A stretch of 64,000 nt of DNA, from the NCBI RefSeq assembly GCF_964355755.1, contig NC_092670.1, forward strand, positions 32,290,388-32,354,387, read 5' to 3'. Made by a program: the position numbers and the translations under genes. Of the stretch, positions 51,142 to 64,000 are shown one piece after another (the first letter of the stretch is position 1; each line of letters starts with the position of its first letter). The notes under the pieces were generated by a model that saw nothing but the letters and a program-made list of their open reading frames with translations, was not told where the DNA came from and ran no database searches. The DNA is from Antedon mediterranea (lineage: Eukaryota; Animalia; Echinodermata).

Positions 51142-52249
51142 ATTTAATTGAAAAAGTAAATCAATTTTCTATTTTATTAAAATATTTTTATAGCAAGTGT
51201 TTTCTACAAAATATATTTAAGCAGTTAAAAAAAGAGATGAAATGAATATTGTAACTACTGTACTTAATCAACTTTTTATTGATAACAGATTTATTAATCA
51301 ATATTTTATAAACTGTAAACTCTATGTTTAATATAGATAGTTGTATTCATATAGATGGCTAAGGCAACCAGTGAGCGGGGAAGTGGGGGTGTGTAACTAA
51401 TTTTCTTTTCAATCAAATTTACATACTTTTTCATTCCAAAATTAAATACTTAACATAATATATTTGTTATGCATAGCAATGTTATTTGAATTGCATTTTT
51501 CCAACTAAATTTTGATTGTAATTTTGACCTTGGAACAGTATGGTGATGCCCATGGAAATATATCTCTGTACAAATACAGTTCTCTCAAACTTATTCCATA
51601 CACTATTATCTTTAGCTTGTATTATTTTTGTGAGCATTTAAAGGCTGACCTTCTGACCTGACTGGTTCGACGTCTAATAAAATACTCATTGTTAATCTTG
51701 CCAGTTAAGTGAATCCCACTCTTGCATATCTCTTGTTATTATTGTTTGTCATTTCAGAGTTGAAAGCCTCATTCTCTGTGAAATTGTTTTCTATTATGTA
51801 TATATTTTTCAGTCAAGCAGTGTTTTTACTTGAATGCATATAGCTGTTATTAGAGGCATGTACAGGGGTTTGTGGGTGGGGGTGGTTGTAAGAGAGAAGG
51901 GTTGTAGTAATGGAAGGGTTGTAGGAGGGAAGGGGTTGTAGGAGAGAAGTTGTTTTAGGAGGGAAGGGGTGGTACTATTTAAATCTTTTTTTATTAAATT
52001 TGTTACAATTCATTGTAAAAATTCAAAATGTACATAAACCTCCCTATTTTTACATATTATCACATGGTCTTCTTATATTTCACAGTTTTTATATATTTTC
52101 ACGTTTAGTGGTAAAACTAAAAAGCACAAAGTATTGTTATAAGTTTTAATTTATACAGTTTTTTTTACAAACATTTGTTTTTATAATTATAACAATAAAT
52201 TTAGCTATAGTACTATGTTTTTTTTAGAGGAAACAATAACAGTTATTTA

Positions 52250-52434
52250 TAAAGCGTGGTTCCCACTAGCGACGCAACGCAAGGACGTAACGCAACGCAA
52301 GTGAATTGACCAATCACAAGCGATGGCTTATTCGCTTGTGATTGCTAACTGTCTATAACTTCGCTTGTCATTGGTTAAAACGCTTGCGTTGCGTTTACGT
52401 CCTAGCGTTACGTTCTAGTGGGAACCAAGCTTTA
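52250..52434. mobile_element. Palindromic MITE downstream of the CHPF stop codon
   Basis: TAAAGCGTGGTTCCCACTAG-(ACGCA)n ... (TGCGT)n-CTAGTGGGAACCAAGCTTTA. Confidence 0.8.
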
Positions 52435-53113
52435 ATTACACTAATATAATAGATACGTAGGCTTATTTGGACAATTTTAAAATGTTCAGGTTACTTTATT
52501 GTTACATAATTATGATACCACAGTACAATTTAGATATGATTTATTGAAGGTGCTTCACAGCAGTAATGTACTTACTGTTTCAATCATTCAACAAATAAAA
52601 TATTTAATATCAGATTTTATTATTTAATTTGTTTATGCGTATCTTTTTATTGAGAACAATAAACTCTTTAAATAATCAGCAACAATTCCAAATGATATGA
52701 ATATATGCAAATCATTTTGCTTAACAAGCATGAATGTGCCATACTCAGGGTACAGCAAAAGAAGCTGTAATGACGTCATAAGACCGGATGTAACGTTACA
52801 TACACATCAATAACCTCGCTACCAAATACTGCTATACGGTACCATCTTCGAGGTGATATGGCTGCATCCGGTTTGAAATTAAGAAAATCCGGCTCTATAG
52901 CCTGTAATATACTCATGCCAAATCCCAGCTCAATACTACAGAATAAGGGGGATTAGTACTCTATAAATCGCACTTTTAACTCAATAGTGTCTGTCCGGAT
53001 GGATAGAGTCCTAGACTTGGGCACCCCGAGTAATAAACGAGATACTGTATATAGGCCTACTCTATATCATATTACGTATACAGTATATTTCACCATAAAC
53101 TTAAAAGAAAAAC

Positions 53114-53186
53114 AGGTTTCGCCAGGGCTCGAACCGGGGACCTTCTGCGTGTTAAGCAGACTTGATAACCACTACACTACGAAACC
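53114..53186 (-). tRNA. tRNA-Val (anticodon AAC), atypical, possibly a pseudogene
   Basis: GGTTTCG/CGAAACC acceptor stem, TCTGC-TTAACAC-GCAGA anticodon arm, A and B boxes, T-run terminator downstream. Mismatches in the D and T stems; discriminator is U. Confidence 0.85.
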
Positions 53187-53794
53187 TCTTGCACCAAAAA
53201 ATGTGGGTTGGTTTCCAGTGGTGGTGGAATTTCGAATAAATAACAAGAAATATTTCTTACAAAAAACGCCGCGTAACTTTTTGACTGGACAGTTGTAAGA
53301 ACAGTCTTCATTAATCTAATATAATAGGTCGGCCAATCAAAACGCAAGTGAACAATTGGGACTTTACTTGTGATTTATGTCATTGGCCTGTCACAGCACA
53401 GTCGTTTCTTTCTACTGTAGAATTAAACGCACAAATTTGTATTGGGAATAATGTATGTGGTTATTACTATCGCATTTAGGTATTGATAATAATAATAATA
53501 TGGCTTTTGAATAAATAATTACTGTCTGTAGAATAACATTTATACATTTTCGGTTCGCGATGAAAAGTTATATGAATGGATTTGTAATAGGTATTTATAA
53601 TAATAGTATATGGGATGTATTATTGCTAAGCTATCACCAAATCGCGTTATAACATTATTTCTCAGGGTTTTTTGCACCATTGATCAATACCAAACGCGTA
53701 TCGGTATTATAGTTTTTAATGAATCATTACATTAATAAAAATACCCAATTAAATCAATCGCGTCAGTCCAATTCCGACTTATGTTTCGATCACA

Positions 53795-53952
53795 TAGTTC
53801 TGTGTCTACACTGTCCCAACTAGTTTAACAAAAAAAGTGTGATGTGCCCAAATATGGTAGTGATATGCCCGATTATCGTAGTGATATGACATCGTCATGT
53901 CTATATAATATGGGCACATCATATTTAGTTTGATAGTATAGACAGAGCTTAA
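53795..53952. mobile_element. MITE family A copy
   Basis: GTCTACACT...GTGTGATGTGCCCAAATATGGTAGTGATATG...AGACAGAGCTTA. Confidence 0.75.
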
Positions 53953-53974
53953 GGATTATATTTAAAAAATGTTT

Positions 53975-54970
53975 TCTTACATTTTGAACGGAAGTATTTA
54001 TTTGTTTATAAGCCCAATTTTCCAGTCTTAATTTTACATTTTGAAAAAAAGTATTTATTTGTTTATAAGCCCAATTTTCCAGTCTTAATTTTACATTTTG
54101 AAAAAAAGTATTTTATTTGTTGATAAGCCCAATTGTGCAGTCTTATTTTACATTTTGAACGAAAGTATTTATTTGTTGATAAGCCCAATTTTGCAGTCTT
54201 ATTTTACATTTTAAACGAAAGTATTTATTTGTTGATAAGCCGAATTTTCCAGTTTAATAATAATGACCCCTTCCACAGTGCTTATACCATATACATTTTA
54301 CATGATATTGACCGTGGGTTCTTTACGCCTCTGATGCATTTGTTTTTATTGTACCTTTTTAATAAATTATTATATGTTTAGGCCTAATCACACCCAATTT
54401 AATGAAACGGTCAGATTCCGATATGATTTCAATTGAACGAAAGTAGTACTATATTTATTATTCATTGATAAGCCAAGGGTCCCATGGCGTTAGCCAATAT
54501 CTTGAGCATTTGACTCTTGTGTCAACCTGTAACACAAATCATTCTTCAAAATCTAAAGAAAGAACCTCACACGTCTTTTTTGTGAGTGATACACTATGGA
54601 TGATATGCCACGGAAATAATATGTGGACATTGCAAACAATCATAGGCCTACAGTAACAAACATAACATGGCTAATAAGCATAACATTCAGACTTGCTTGT
54701 TTTCTAGTGGATTTTTATTTACTTTAGCATGTAGAATAAAACTAGTAACAGTGGCTATATTAATAATTATACTGATTATCCTTGATGTTATCGCGTCTAA
54801 TAATAACATATTTTGTTGTTGATAAGCCCAATTTTTCAGCCTTGATTTTACATTTTGAACGAAAGTATTTATTTGTTGATAAGCCCAATTTTGCAGTCTT
54901 AATAATGACCCTTCCACAGTGCATTTTACATGATATTGACCGAGGGTTTTTACGCCTCTATAGGCACTGA
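53975..54970. repeat. ~57-bp tandem repeat (about 5 copies at 53975-54255) with a second block at 54812-54970
   Basis: Unit TTTTACATTTTGAACGAAAGTATTTATTTGTTGATAAGCCCAATTTTGCAGTCTTA; both blocks are followed by the same AATAATGACCCTTCCACAGTGC flank. Confidence 0.8.
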
Positions 54971-55346
54971 TCAATACCATAATTAATGTACTTTTTTAAA
55001 TGAATATTGAAATGTTTCAACACTCCCAGATTTCCTCATCTTTATCGTTTCAAAAATTAATTAAATAATTTTCAGTGTATCACCGGGCGGTTTGGAATTT
55101 ATTTCTATGCCTGTTGTGTTTATATATATAATATTAAGTATAATTATGAATTCACCAACACTTTCAGGCCCGGGGCCGAGTTTGTGTAGACTAGACTTCC
55201 ATGCACAGCCACATGTTAAGGAATATGAATCTCTTTATGATTTTAATATGGTTCGAAATGATATTACACAACAACGATTAGACAGCAACTGTGCAAGAGT
55301 CAAACTAATAAAATCGGAATGATCAATTAATTGAACATTTACAGCA

Positions 55347-55677
55347 TAAGGCCCATACACTAGGACGATAACGATCGACGATAAATAGACAAATGTGCAT
55401 TTTTAATACATAAACCAAAAGAAATATAAACAATTCCTTTGATGAAAATTATATTTTCACACGTCCAATCAAATGACGTCATGATTAGTAAGACCAATAA
55501 TATCGTGACAATACAGCGATTTTATTGTTTTTATTTATCATGACGTCATTTGATTGAAATTTGAAAAACATTATTTTTAGAACGAAAACCTTTCTAATTT
55601 CTTTTGGTTTATGTAAAAAAAATGCATGCTATATATTTATCGTCTGTCGTTATCGTCATAGTGTAATTGGGCCTTTA
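55347..55677. mobile_element. Palindromic MITE
   Basis: AAGGCCCA.TACACTA.GACGATAACGA ... TCGTTATCGTCATAGTGTAATTGGGCCTT with internal inverted TCAAATGACGTCATGAT repeats. Confidence 0.7.
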
Positions 55678-56539
55678 TACACAAAAAATAAATTGATTAC
55701 GAAGTTACATGTCATTTTCACCTATCACCAAAATACTAACCTTTTCAAAAGTAATTAATTGTTACGAAGCCAATTTATATTATATATTTCATTAAAACTG
55801 AACTTTACGGTAAATGAAGAGTAAGTATCAGTTAATATGAATAATATAACTAGTAGGTCTATGAACTTGCGTCCAGACACAGAACTGTGACATTACTATC
55901 ATAAATGTTGAAACCACTTATAAAACCTTTTTTTTTTAAGAAAATATAATTGTGTTAGGAGAAGGCTAATAAACAAATAGATAATGTTCAAACCTTTTTC
56001 TGGATTAATTAATGGAGCAGGCGTTCCTAATAATCTGCTGTAGACTGATTGTTCACCTTCTGACGATAATTGATTGGACCCCCCACGGCATCTGATAACC
56101 AACAAAAAATTTACGAGGACTGTTTCAATGATTTAATATCTGACGGCGTATTATTATAACATTGGCCTAGATTGAAAGTCAAAGAAAGTCATTGTAAATA
56201 CCTCCCTTTATGTTGACAGAGCCAAAATAAAGTTTTGACCATTATCGAATGATTATTTGACAGTGACTTATTATAATACCGGCCTGGTTGACAGCAAAAA
56301 CGAAGTTATTATTTATTGATCAAGATTTTACAGATTTCCGTCTACATCTCAATAATACTGTATTATCAGCAAAGGCTTTCATATAGACTCTCTTCTCCCA
56401 GACGTTTTTTGGGTCCAGCAGCTACCTATAAATTATAGTCGAGTTTCCAAATTCACAAAACTGTCAGTCTTAGATACTAAAGCTACCGCTATGAAACAGC
56501 TTATTAATGAATGTGTCCTCCTGGGACATAACTGGCTAG

Positions 56540-56807
56540 AGCCGCGGCGCGAAAACCGACGGGAACCAGGAGAAGACACAGCATTTTAATCGCGAACTTT
56601 TCTAGGGGGCGCTGCATTACTAAAAATAAAAATAATATAACCGTCTCGATTGTTCCCCAATACGCTAGGCCTAGGCTGATTTCTTTCTTTCTTTATCGGT
56701 TGTGGTAAAAATAAATCCACAATAATGTTTTCACCGTGCGTGACTAAATAAATAAGAAAGGTCATTGTGTGTCATTATTCATTTCGTTGAAAAACGTAGA
56801 GGTAAGT
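56540..56807 (+). promoter_or_regulatory. Probable ABCB6 promoter and non-coding first exon
   Basis: CpG-enriched patch, CTCF-like TAGGGGGCGCT at 56603-56613, strong donor AG|GTAAGT at 56802, followed by a TAGGCCTA-rich tract like that in PSMC5 intron 1. Confidence 0.5.
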
Positions 56808-57336
56808 ACGTCTCTGTGCATTGTCTGTACCACATTCAAACACAAGCATCGCCGGATTTAGCGGGTCCAGCCAGCCAGGTAGGGACCCACCCGGCCTAAC
56901 TTATAGTGCCTAGGCTAGGCCTAGCTAGGGCCGCCTAGCCTGGGCCTGTATTTGCTTGCTGGCTAGCTAGGTCTAGCTTATTAAACATACTGTACATTTA
57001 CATTTAACTCAATATTGCCGCTTGTGCCACCTAAATTACAATTTAATATTTAAGTTTTGGAAACACCACCCACTAAAAAGTAAAAGTTTTCCCCATATCA
57101 TATGATATGATAGAACATGTAATACTAATAGTATACCAGAGGGACACACAATCATTGCTTTAGATGTCCAAGATCAAGAGTAAAATGAAGTGGCGTAAAA
57201 AAGAGGCTGGCGGGACGTATCAGACACGGAACCCTTTATTATTTATTTAGTAGCCTCCCTCGTCTTCTTAAAACATTTCTTGAATTCAAGATTACTGTTA
57301 GTGTTAGCTTCTACAATGTTATTGTTGGCGCAGGAA

Positions 57337-58017
57337 GTGTGTTCCAAACATTTACTACACTTTCGGCTTTTCCACACTTCAAATTTGGACGACAGACAAT
57401 TGGCCTACGGCCTACAGACAACAGGCCTACACTACAGACAACTGGCCTACAGACAATTAGCCGACAGGACACTTTGCTGACAGAATTGGCCGTATTTTCG
57501 CACTTTAATATTCATTCTTCTTTATTTCGTCGACGGTATACTCTACACTCGCAGTTTACAATCCCCAGTTTTAGACAATGTTGTATTTTTTAACAACATT
57601 ATTGAAACCTAAGTCCTATTTATATTTTAACGATTTTGTCATATTCTTATCTTCATCTCAGAGCCCAAACATAGTTGGATTTAAAAAAATTATTTATGAA
57701 ACAAAAAAACGATATTGAAATAAACTGCACTACTGGACTGGACGTTTTCATATGTTGGTTAAATACTCATACAGTATACAGAAATTCTTTTGGCCAATTG
57801 TCTGTCGCAAAATGTCCTTCAGTAGGTCAATTGTCTGTAGGCCAAATGGTTTTCAGTGGGAATTTCCTGTCGGTTAAATGTCTTGTCGGCGAAATGTCAT
57901 GTCGACGAAATGAACGATCATCAAATGTCCAGTCGGCAAAATGTCCAGTTGGCTGAAGGTGCGGTCGACGAATAGTCTGTCGGCCACTTGTCTGTTGGCA
58001 AAGTGGCGTTCTTCACT
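57337..58017. mobile_element. Non-autonomous DNA transposon remnant with inverted subterminal repeat arrays
   Basis: GGCCTACAGACAA repeats on the left; TTGTCTGTAGGCC and GTCGGCGAAATGTC repeats on the right. Termini are uncertain. Confidence 0.55.
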
Positions 58018-59058
58018 AATCTAGGGCCTACGCCAGGCAGGACCCGACATGGGTTTTATTATGTAAAATGTTCATGCCAACAACATTATATTTGATGCTG
58101 TTGTGATTCTTTTTTTTATACATTTTTAATGTAAAACACAGTCACAATAGGTTTATTCCAAACCTGAAGACCGCCCTCTGTAATGTGATGTTTTGTGACA
58201 TTGTTTGAAGCATTTAACAATATTTTAACTGATTTGAATTGTTTCTGGAAAGAAAAATATAGTTACATTTACCATGAGAGCATGTTATTTAATTACATGT
58301 ACTTGATATCATTTTATATCATCAAACACTACCAGTAGTACCAGGACTAAAATACTATTCAAGTCCTAATATTTAGATATTTAATTTCAAGGTCAATAAT
58401 CTTTAGACCCTACTCTGACTTGCATTTTTTATAGTAGTAAAACTTATTCCTATTGTGCTTGAGCCAATAATACCAATAAATATGTACCCTGTTTTTTTTT
58501 TGTTGAAATTTACATTTTGCAATATTTATTTTATTTAGTTTATATTTTAGATTTATAATATATATTATTTATATTTTACCCCTGTTTTTGTGACCTTTGA
58601 CTGTAATGTATAAAACAGGCGTTCTCAACAGGCAATGCGAGTGCATTTCTTATGGCCTGTGATAAGCTGAGACTGCTAAAAAATAAAATAAATAAAAGTT
58701 GTTTTAAAATGTCCTTAAAGCCCATGAGATTCCAGACTTTTCCCCATGTAACTATGGTCAGCTCTATATCTGACATGCAACATTATTTGAATCCCTGGTA
58801 TGATACAGTATAAACAAATAATGTTTCTATTTATATTATTTTCTATATCATTTAAAAAACATGAGTAATTTGCTGTTTGGTGACCTGACCTGTTTCTCAG
58901 GATGTATAATAATCTTGATTTCCAGTATCTAGGAATTATTTTTTTTTTTAATGTTAAATAATTTTTTTTGCAATTTTGGTGACTGCATTCTCAGAGTTAA
59001 TCTCTGATAGTCTCAGTTTTATCTCAGACTTAGTGTACAGGTGATAATTCACAGACTC

Positions 59059-59143
59059 TAAAGCTCTGTCTACAGAATGTGATGTGCCCAAATATGGTAG
59101 TGATATGGCCAAACATGGTAGTGATATGACAACATTATGTCCA
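59059..59143. mobile_element. MITE family A, truncated copy
   Basis: TAAAGCTCTGTCTACA followed by TGTGATGTGCCCAAATATGGTAGTGATATG. Confidence 0.7.
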
Positions 59144-59368
59144 AAAACAATATGTTTTCTAATTAAGATTACCTTTAATCTACTTCAAATAACTCTCCTA
59201 CTACTACAGTATGTTTCAGTGTTGAAGATGTGTTAGATTCATAGCACTACATTCTAATTCATTTTGTAGCATCTAGACAAAATGTATAATTAAAATCTGT
59301 ATTAATTGGTTGATATCTTGAAACTGTACTGACTCATAATAATCCTATTTTTGTTTATAGATTTTAAA

Positions 59369-60007
59369 ATGCTTTCATACTGTGCATACAACTCGTCTGT
59401 TCTTCCAGCATGGACACAAAATGGCTTCTCAATCTGTTTCCTTGACACGGTGACGTCATCGATTCTACTGGCCGGCATGGTTGTTGGTGGAGGTGCTCAG
59501 TTGCTTGTCTACTGGATGTGGGCTATCAGGCTTGAACAACAATTTCAACCTCAACCAAAAGGGTTTAGAATCCAAATTATTCTCTCTTCACTGATAATTA
59601 TCCAGTATATTATGCGTATAGGTTTCGCAACACATTACGCAGGCCATCTTCATGGGTACAACGAACTAAGTACGATATTCTATATACTTTCGTGGATGAT
59701 ATCTCTTGCGTTGTTATGGACGGAACGTTCTAAAACTTTGATGAGTTACAGCGGTAGAGGCCACGGAATTGTTTTATTAATATTTTGGACATGTGCATTG
59801 GTTAATGAAACGTTAGCGTTTGTTTCGTGGCATAGTCCTCAATGGTGGTGGAAGCTCAGCAACAAGGATCAAAAGACCGCGTTTGGTCTTTGGGTGTGTC
59901 GTTACGTACTTATATTTCTTCTCTTCGTGATTGGTTTCCGAGCACCAGCGTTACCGAGAAGGAATTATAATTTGATGGTGAATGAGGATAGGAATGAAGA
60001 ATTAACT
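59369..60007 (+). CDS. ABCB6: ABCB6/HMT-1-type half ABC transporter, first coding exon (N-terminal TMD0); the gene continues beyond the window
   Basis: Acceptor ends at 59360, ATG at 59369, donor GTAAGT at 60008. Five hydrophobic segments with ABCB6 TMD0 hallmarks: YC...W..NGFSICFLDT, RGHGIVLLIFWT, SWHSPQWWW, GFRAP. Confidence 0.85.
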
Positions 60008-60410
60008 GTAAGTTCATTCAAGTTCAAGTTTGTCCTTTATAAAAAAATTACGGAAACATACAAAATGTCAAGGGTTATTATGTCGGACGTCAACAGTAAC
60101 TCAAATTTGAGCACACAACTGCAGCAATATGGTCTTGTTTATATATAAAAATGTTAATAAAAAAAGCTTATTAAAATTACTGTAAAATAAGAAACAAAAA
60201 CACAATTAAGTAAAAAAACAGTAGAATATATTATAAAGAAGAATTTAATGGAAAATATCGTATATAATTATTACTATAAAGCTAACAACTTTCACTAATT
60301 CCTACTTCATGCCTACTTAGAAGGCCTGCCCTTAGTTACTTAAATAGTAGTCTAGCGCCCTCGGACCACAGACTGTGTGTGTTTCATGCGAGCGATTACG
60401 GGGGCTGGCC

Positions 60411-61232
60411 CAGAGCCATATATATAAAGAGTTACGACATGGGATTAATTATAGTCACATGATATGCAGATCAATTTGTGTCAAACTTGTCTCCGTTAAT
60501 TCATGTAAAGTATAGGAGCAAGAAAATACTTTAAACTTTTTCTTATATTCAAAAAAATGTAATTGCACATTTTACGGTGCAATATCGATGTGCACAGCGT
60601 ACAGAGAAGTACTTGCGGCAAAGAATATTGCGCGCGCGTGCGCTAGTACATTATAAAGTTCTATTGATTGATTTTGGAACGAAACATCCCATAACTACGT
60701 CCTATTAATAACAATTATGTAATATTTTCAATTCATAATGCATGCTTTGATGACTAAATAAAATAATAAAGTGTCGTGGATATATTTGTTAATGTATTGA
60801 ATAGGGTATGAACAATATTAAAATAATAAAGGCAAATTATTACAAATGAAATAATGATCGAGTCTCTGAAAGTTTGTATCAAAAACACACGGAGAGCATA
60901 CTGTATAAAAAGAGGGGTGAATTTGTATTGCCTTATATGGGTTCATGCTTTGATGTATCCTGACTTGCATGTAGGCCCTAGCATTTATTCTTTTGTTATT
61001 ATAGACACAATATATATATATGTTACCAAATTAATACCATTAATAAAATTAATTACTAAAACAAAAAAGGAATATAAGCGTTAATTTCACAAAAAAATCT
61101 AAAAATAATGCATGAACTACAGGAAAACGCTATACAAAATAGACGCGCGCGCCCTCAGCGTGCGAATTTTTGGACACAAAAATGGCTTCTAATTTTCAAT
61201 GTCGTAACTCTTTATATTATATTATGGCTCTG
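60411..61232. mobile_element. Non-autonomous TIR element with a long TSD
   Basis: TIR CAGAGCCATA(TA)nAAGAGTTACGACAT; direct repeat GGGGCTGGCC at 60401-60410 and 61233-61242. Confidence 0.8.
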
Positions 61233-61324
61233 GGGGCTGGCCGAATGTCTAGCGCCCTCGGACCACATGCTGGCCTAAAAAAAAAGAACTACGGTTGCCT
61301 GTAAGTGTCACGGCCGGGGCAACT

Positions 61325-61530
61325 TAAAACAAATATCACGGAAATTTACACACAAAAAAACCACGGCGATTAAAATAAAACTCCACTGCAATTTTGAAAT
61401 AAGAAATCACGGCAAATTAAAAATAAAATACCACAATTTAACACAAAAAAAACAAAGCAACTTAAAATGAAACACCACGGCAAATTGAAAATGAAACACC
61501 ACGGATAATTACAGAATGTGATGTACCACG
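61325..61530. repeat. Degenerate ~23-bp repeat array (AAACACCACGGCAAATT-like), probably a transposon subterminal array
   Basis: Recurrent CACGG(C/A)AATT..AAAT units. Confidence 0.5.
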
Positions 61531-62309
61531 TGAATTTCTCAAATCCGTGAGCTCTTTCAGTATAATTATATGACTGCACGGGCTAACCGACTGTCCAAAT
61601 AATTTATTTGGAAAGCTACGCTTTTAAAACAGTGGCACACTTCTTGAATGAAGGTGCGTTCAGGGTAGGTAAAATAAAAGATAAAGAAAAAAAATGTTTT
61701 AACAATAGGCCTATTTACAAGAAAACCTAAAGTAAATTATGTGCAAAATATAAAATAAAAATATATAACAAAGCAATACAGGATTAAAAAACAAAGAACT
61801 AAGCATTCCCATTGTTGCTTTCCCTCAATAAATGTCATCAATATGACACTAAAGCGTCTTAGTAAAAATTTCGAATCTCTCAAATACTGGTGTTTTTAGT
61901 TAGCCGTTATGTGCATAACAATGGTCGCAGAATTTTCGTCACGGAATACAATACATTTTATTTGCGGTTACTTCGTAGCTTCAGTGCCTTGGAGACCCGC
62001 GCGACGTTCATTTTGACCGTGAGTACGTCGGAGGGCTATTACACTTATTATTGTAAGCGATCTAGGTGCGAAATTGTCTGGCGGTGTCCCTTTGTACGAA
62101 TCGTTCAACATTGGGCCCAGCTGATTACGGTTTAAGCGTGCACGATATATCATGTTCTATCATTCATGAGAGTCCAAAATGCGCAATTACTTTCCAGGCG
62201 AAATTTACCGACGCGTACGTCATTTACAGTAAGTGTATCGACGTACGCTACAGAAAAATGTTACGAATTATGTTCACGATCATTTTTTCTTCTTCAAATG
62301 TACGATTAA

Positions 62310-62375
62310 CCCTCTGTACCATGGGGTACCTAGATTAGATGTCCCTCTGTACCATGGGGTACCTAGATTAGATGT
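62310..62375. repeat. 33-bp perfect tandem duplication
   Basis: CCCTCTGTACCATGGGGTACCTAGATTAGATGT x2. Confidence 0.9.
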
Positions 62376-64000
62376 TTCATTGCATGCCTATTGTATAGGC
62401 CTACATTACTAAACAAAAAACATGCACTTTTCGTTTAGCAAAATTCTTCTTATAGCTACGTTGTTAATGAACCCCTCATCGTGCTTGAGAAAGAAAGTTC
62501 CGAAAATGGTACGCATAATTGACCTGGGAAGTAATAAAATGATTTTTTTTTTCGATGGAAAATGGTATGTCTACGCTTTTTTTGTTGCCTTGTTCCGCCG
62601 GTCACGCATGCCATCGAACCTCGCCGGTGACGTGAGTGTGTTTTGTAATTAATGGGTGATGTTTTCAGATTTGTTTAGAAGAACATAATTTTCTGGGCTG
62701 TGTCAAAGTTACAGGGACAAAATGTGAATCAAGTTAGTTTATAGTGATAGAACGCACTTGTCTGTCGGTGTCTCTGTCCTTTGTACGAACAATGTATACA
62801 GTAACTCTATATTTAGAAGTTGGCACAGCGCAGACGTTGACATCCGGGTCCATGCTATACACATAAAAAAAAAGCGTAGTTACGTCAAGAGGCGGTATCA
62901 TCCATTTGCCGCGGTCACTTTCGTTGCCTTGTTTACTACACCAACGCCTAGAATGTACTGTGTACTAATATCGCGCACGCTTGCACGTCATACAAAAAAA
63001 GTTGCAGGGCACGATTAACGATTAAACAAAATTAACATCTTACACATTTTGGGTACGCGGTTCGTGTATATGTCACTTTTTTTTTTAATGTAAAGAATGT
63101 AACAGTAATAACAGTAACGCATACTACCATCGGACCCCGTGCAATGTGTTAGCACACAGTACCATAGAAAAGGACAAGGTTTTCCTCCCCTAAATCTGAA
63201 TAAAACGTCCTCAAATTGGTTACGATATCGCGTATTTTGTTTCCTTCTTATTTCTTAATGTTAGCATGAATACTCAAAACAGTTATTTAGAAAGAATTAA
63301 ATATTATTTAAGTGTCCTTCTAGGACTCCCAACATACATTTTTATCATGTTCTTCTCCAAATTTCTTTTTAATATTATATTGATGATACAGAGTGATTTA
63401 AGGTAAGAGGTTTTTATAATGTGTAACAGAGACATCCTAACCACTGTCGGTTCTTTTGATCTTCAATTTTCCTCTTGTTGGTGAATGTATTGTTATGCAA
63501 ATTACCGAATTGACGGAATTCAACGATTTTACAGGAAATGGGGTAAAAATGAACGTTAAAAATTGTTAAAATCTGTAATCGTTGACGTTGAACGAACTTC
63601 AACGTTAGGATCGTTAAAACTGACCAATCAAATGATTAAAAAATTACGTCATTGCAATTTGTGAAAAAATAGGTACGCACTGACATTCTTGAATATTTGC
63701 AACGCGACGATGTTTTTCACCTTTTTTGTACACTTTTTAAGGTCGAATATTTCAAAATAACAAGTAGTTATAATTATAGTTTTAAAAAAAGGAATGTTTA
63801 AGTATTATAATATTTGTTTTTAGTGTAAGTATAGATTAAGATATAAGCGAAAACATATCCAAGGCAGTTAGGCTGGTTTGAAACATCAAAACTCTTAACT
63901 TTTCCACACGGTTTTGCAACATTAACACTTCACGTCAGCGTGTCCCAACAACGCTCGAAAGACCCAAGAAACAATGAACAATGAACGATTGCGTAAAAAT

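Noticed and set aside
57675-57956. ORF with SVGQLSVGQM-type repeats
   Set aside because: Typical spurious translation of transposon subterminal repeats.
60008-64000. Further ABCB6 exons or a transposase in the GC-richer end of the window
   Set aside because: No recognisable ABC-transporter or transposase peptide in any listed ORF; the region looks like intron filled with non-coding repeats.

Overview
AT-rich, intron-rich animal genomic DNA. It looks like a marine invertebrate, possibly an echinoderm; that taxon call is inference only. Four protein genes were reconstructed by hand from GT-AG boundaries and phase continuity: (1) an MRL-family adaptor (RAPH1/lamellipodin-RIAM-like, + strand, 13 coding exons, ~1245 aa); (2) proteasome AAA-ATPase PSMC5/Rpt6 (- strand, 11 exons, 402 aa); (3) chondroitin polymerizing factor CHPF (+ strand, 3 exons, 768 aa), head-to-head with PSMC5; (4) the first coding exon of ABCB6. 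There is also an atypical tRNA-Val(AAC), a tRNA/Deu-type SINE, many MITEs and several young tandem arrays. The most unusual locus is PSMC5 intron 9. The exon 9/intron 9 junction (35 nt exon + 32 nt intron, including the splice donor) is amplified into ~19 near-identical 67-bp copies. A full-length, intact, sense-oriented APE-RT LINE sits inside this array, and its 5' UTR looks like a spliceable exon-intron unit ending in AG|ATG, in phase with PSMC5. Other candidates are a 9-nt UGC-type microexon in RAPH1, a 310-bp hairpin carrying divergent CTCF-like motifs, and a Penelope-type minimal hammerhead ribozyme.
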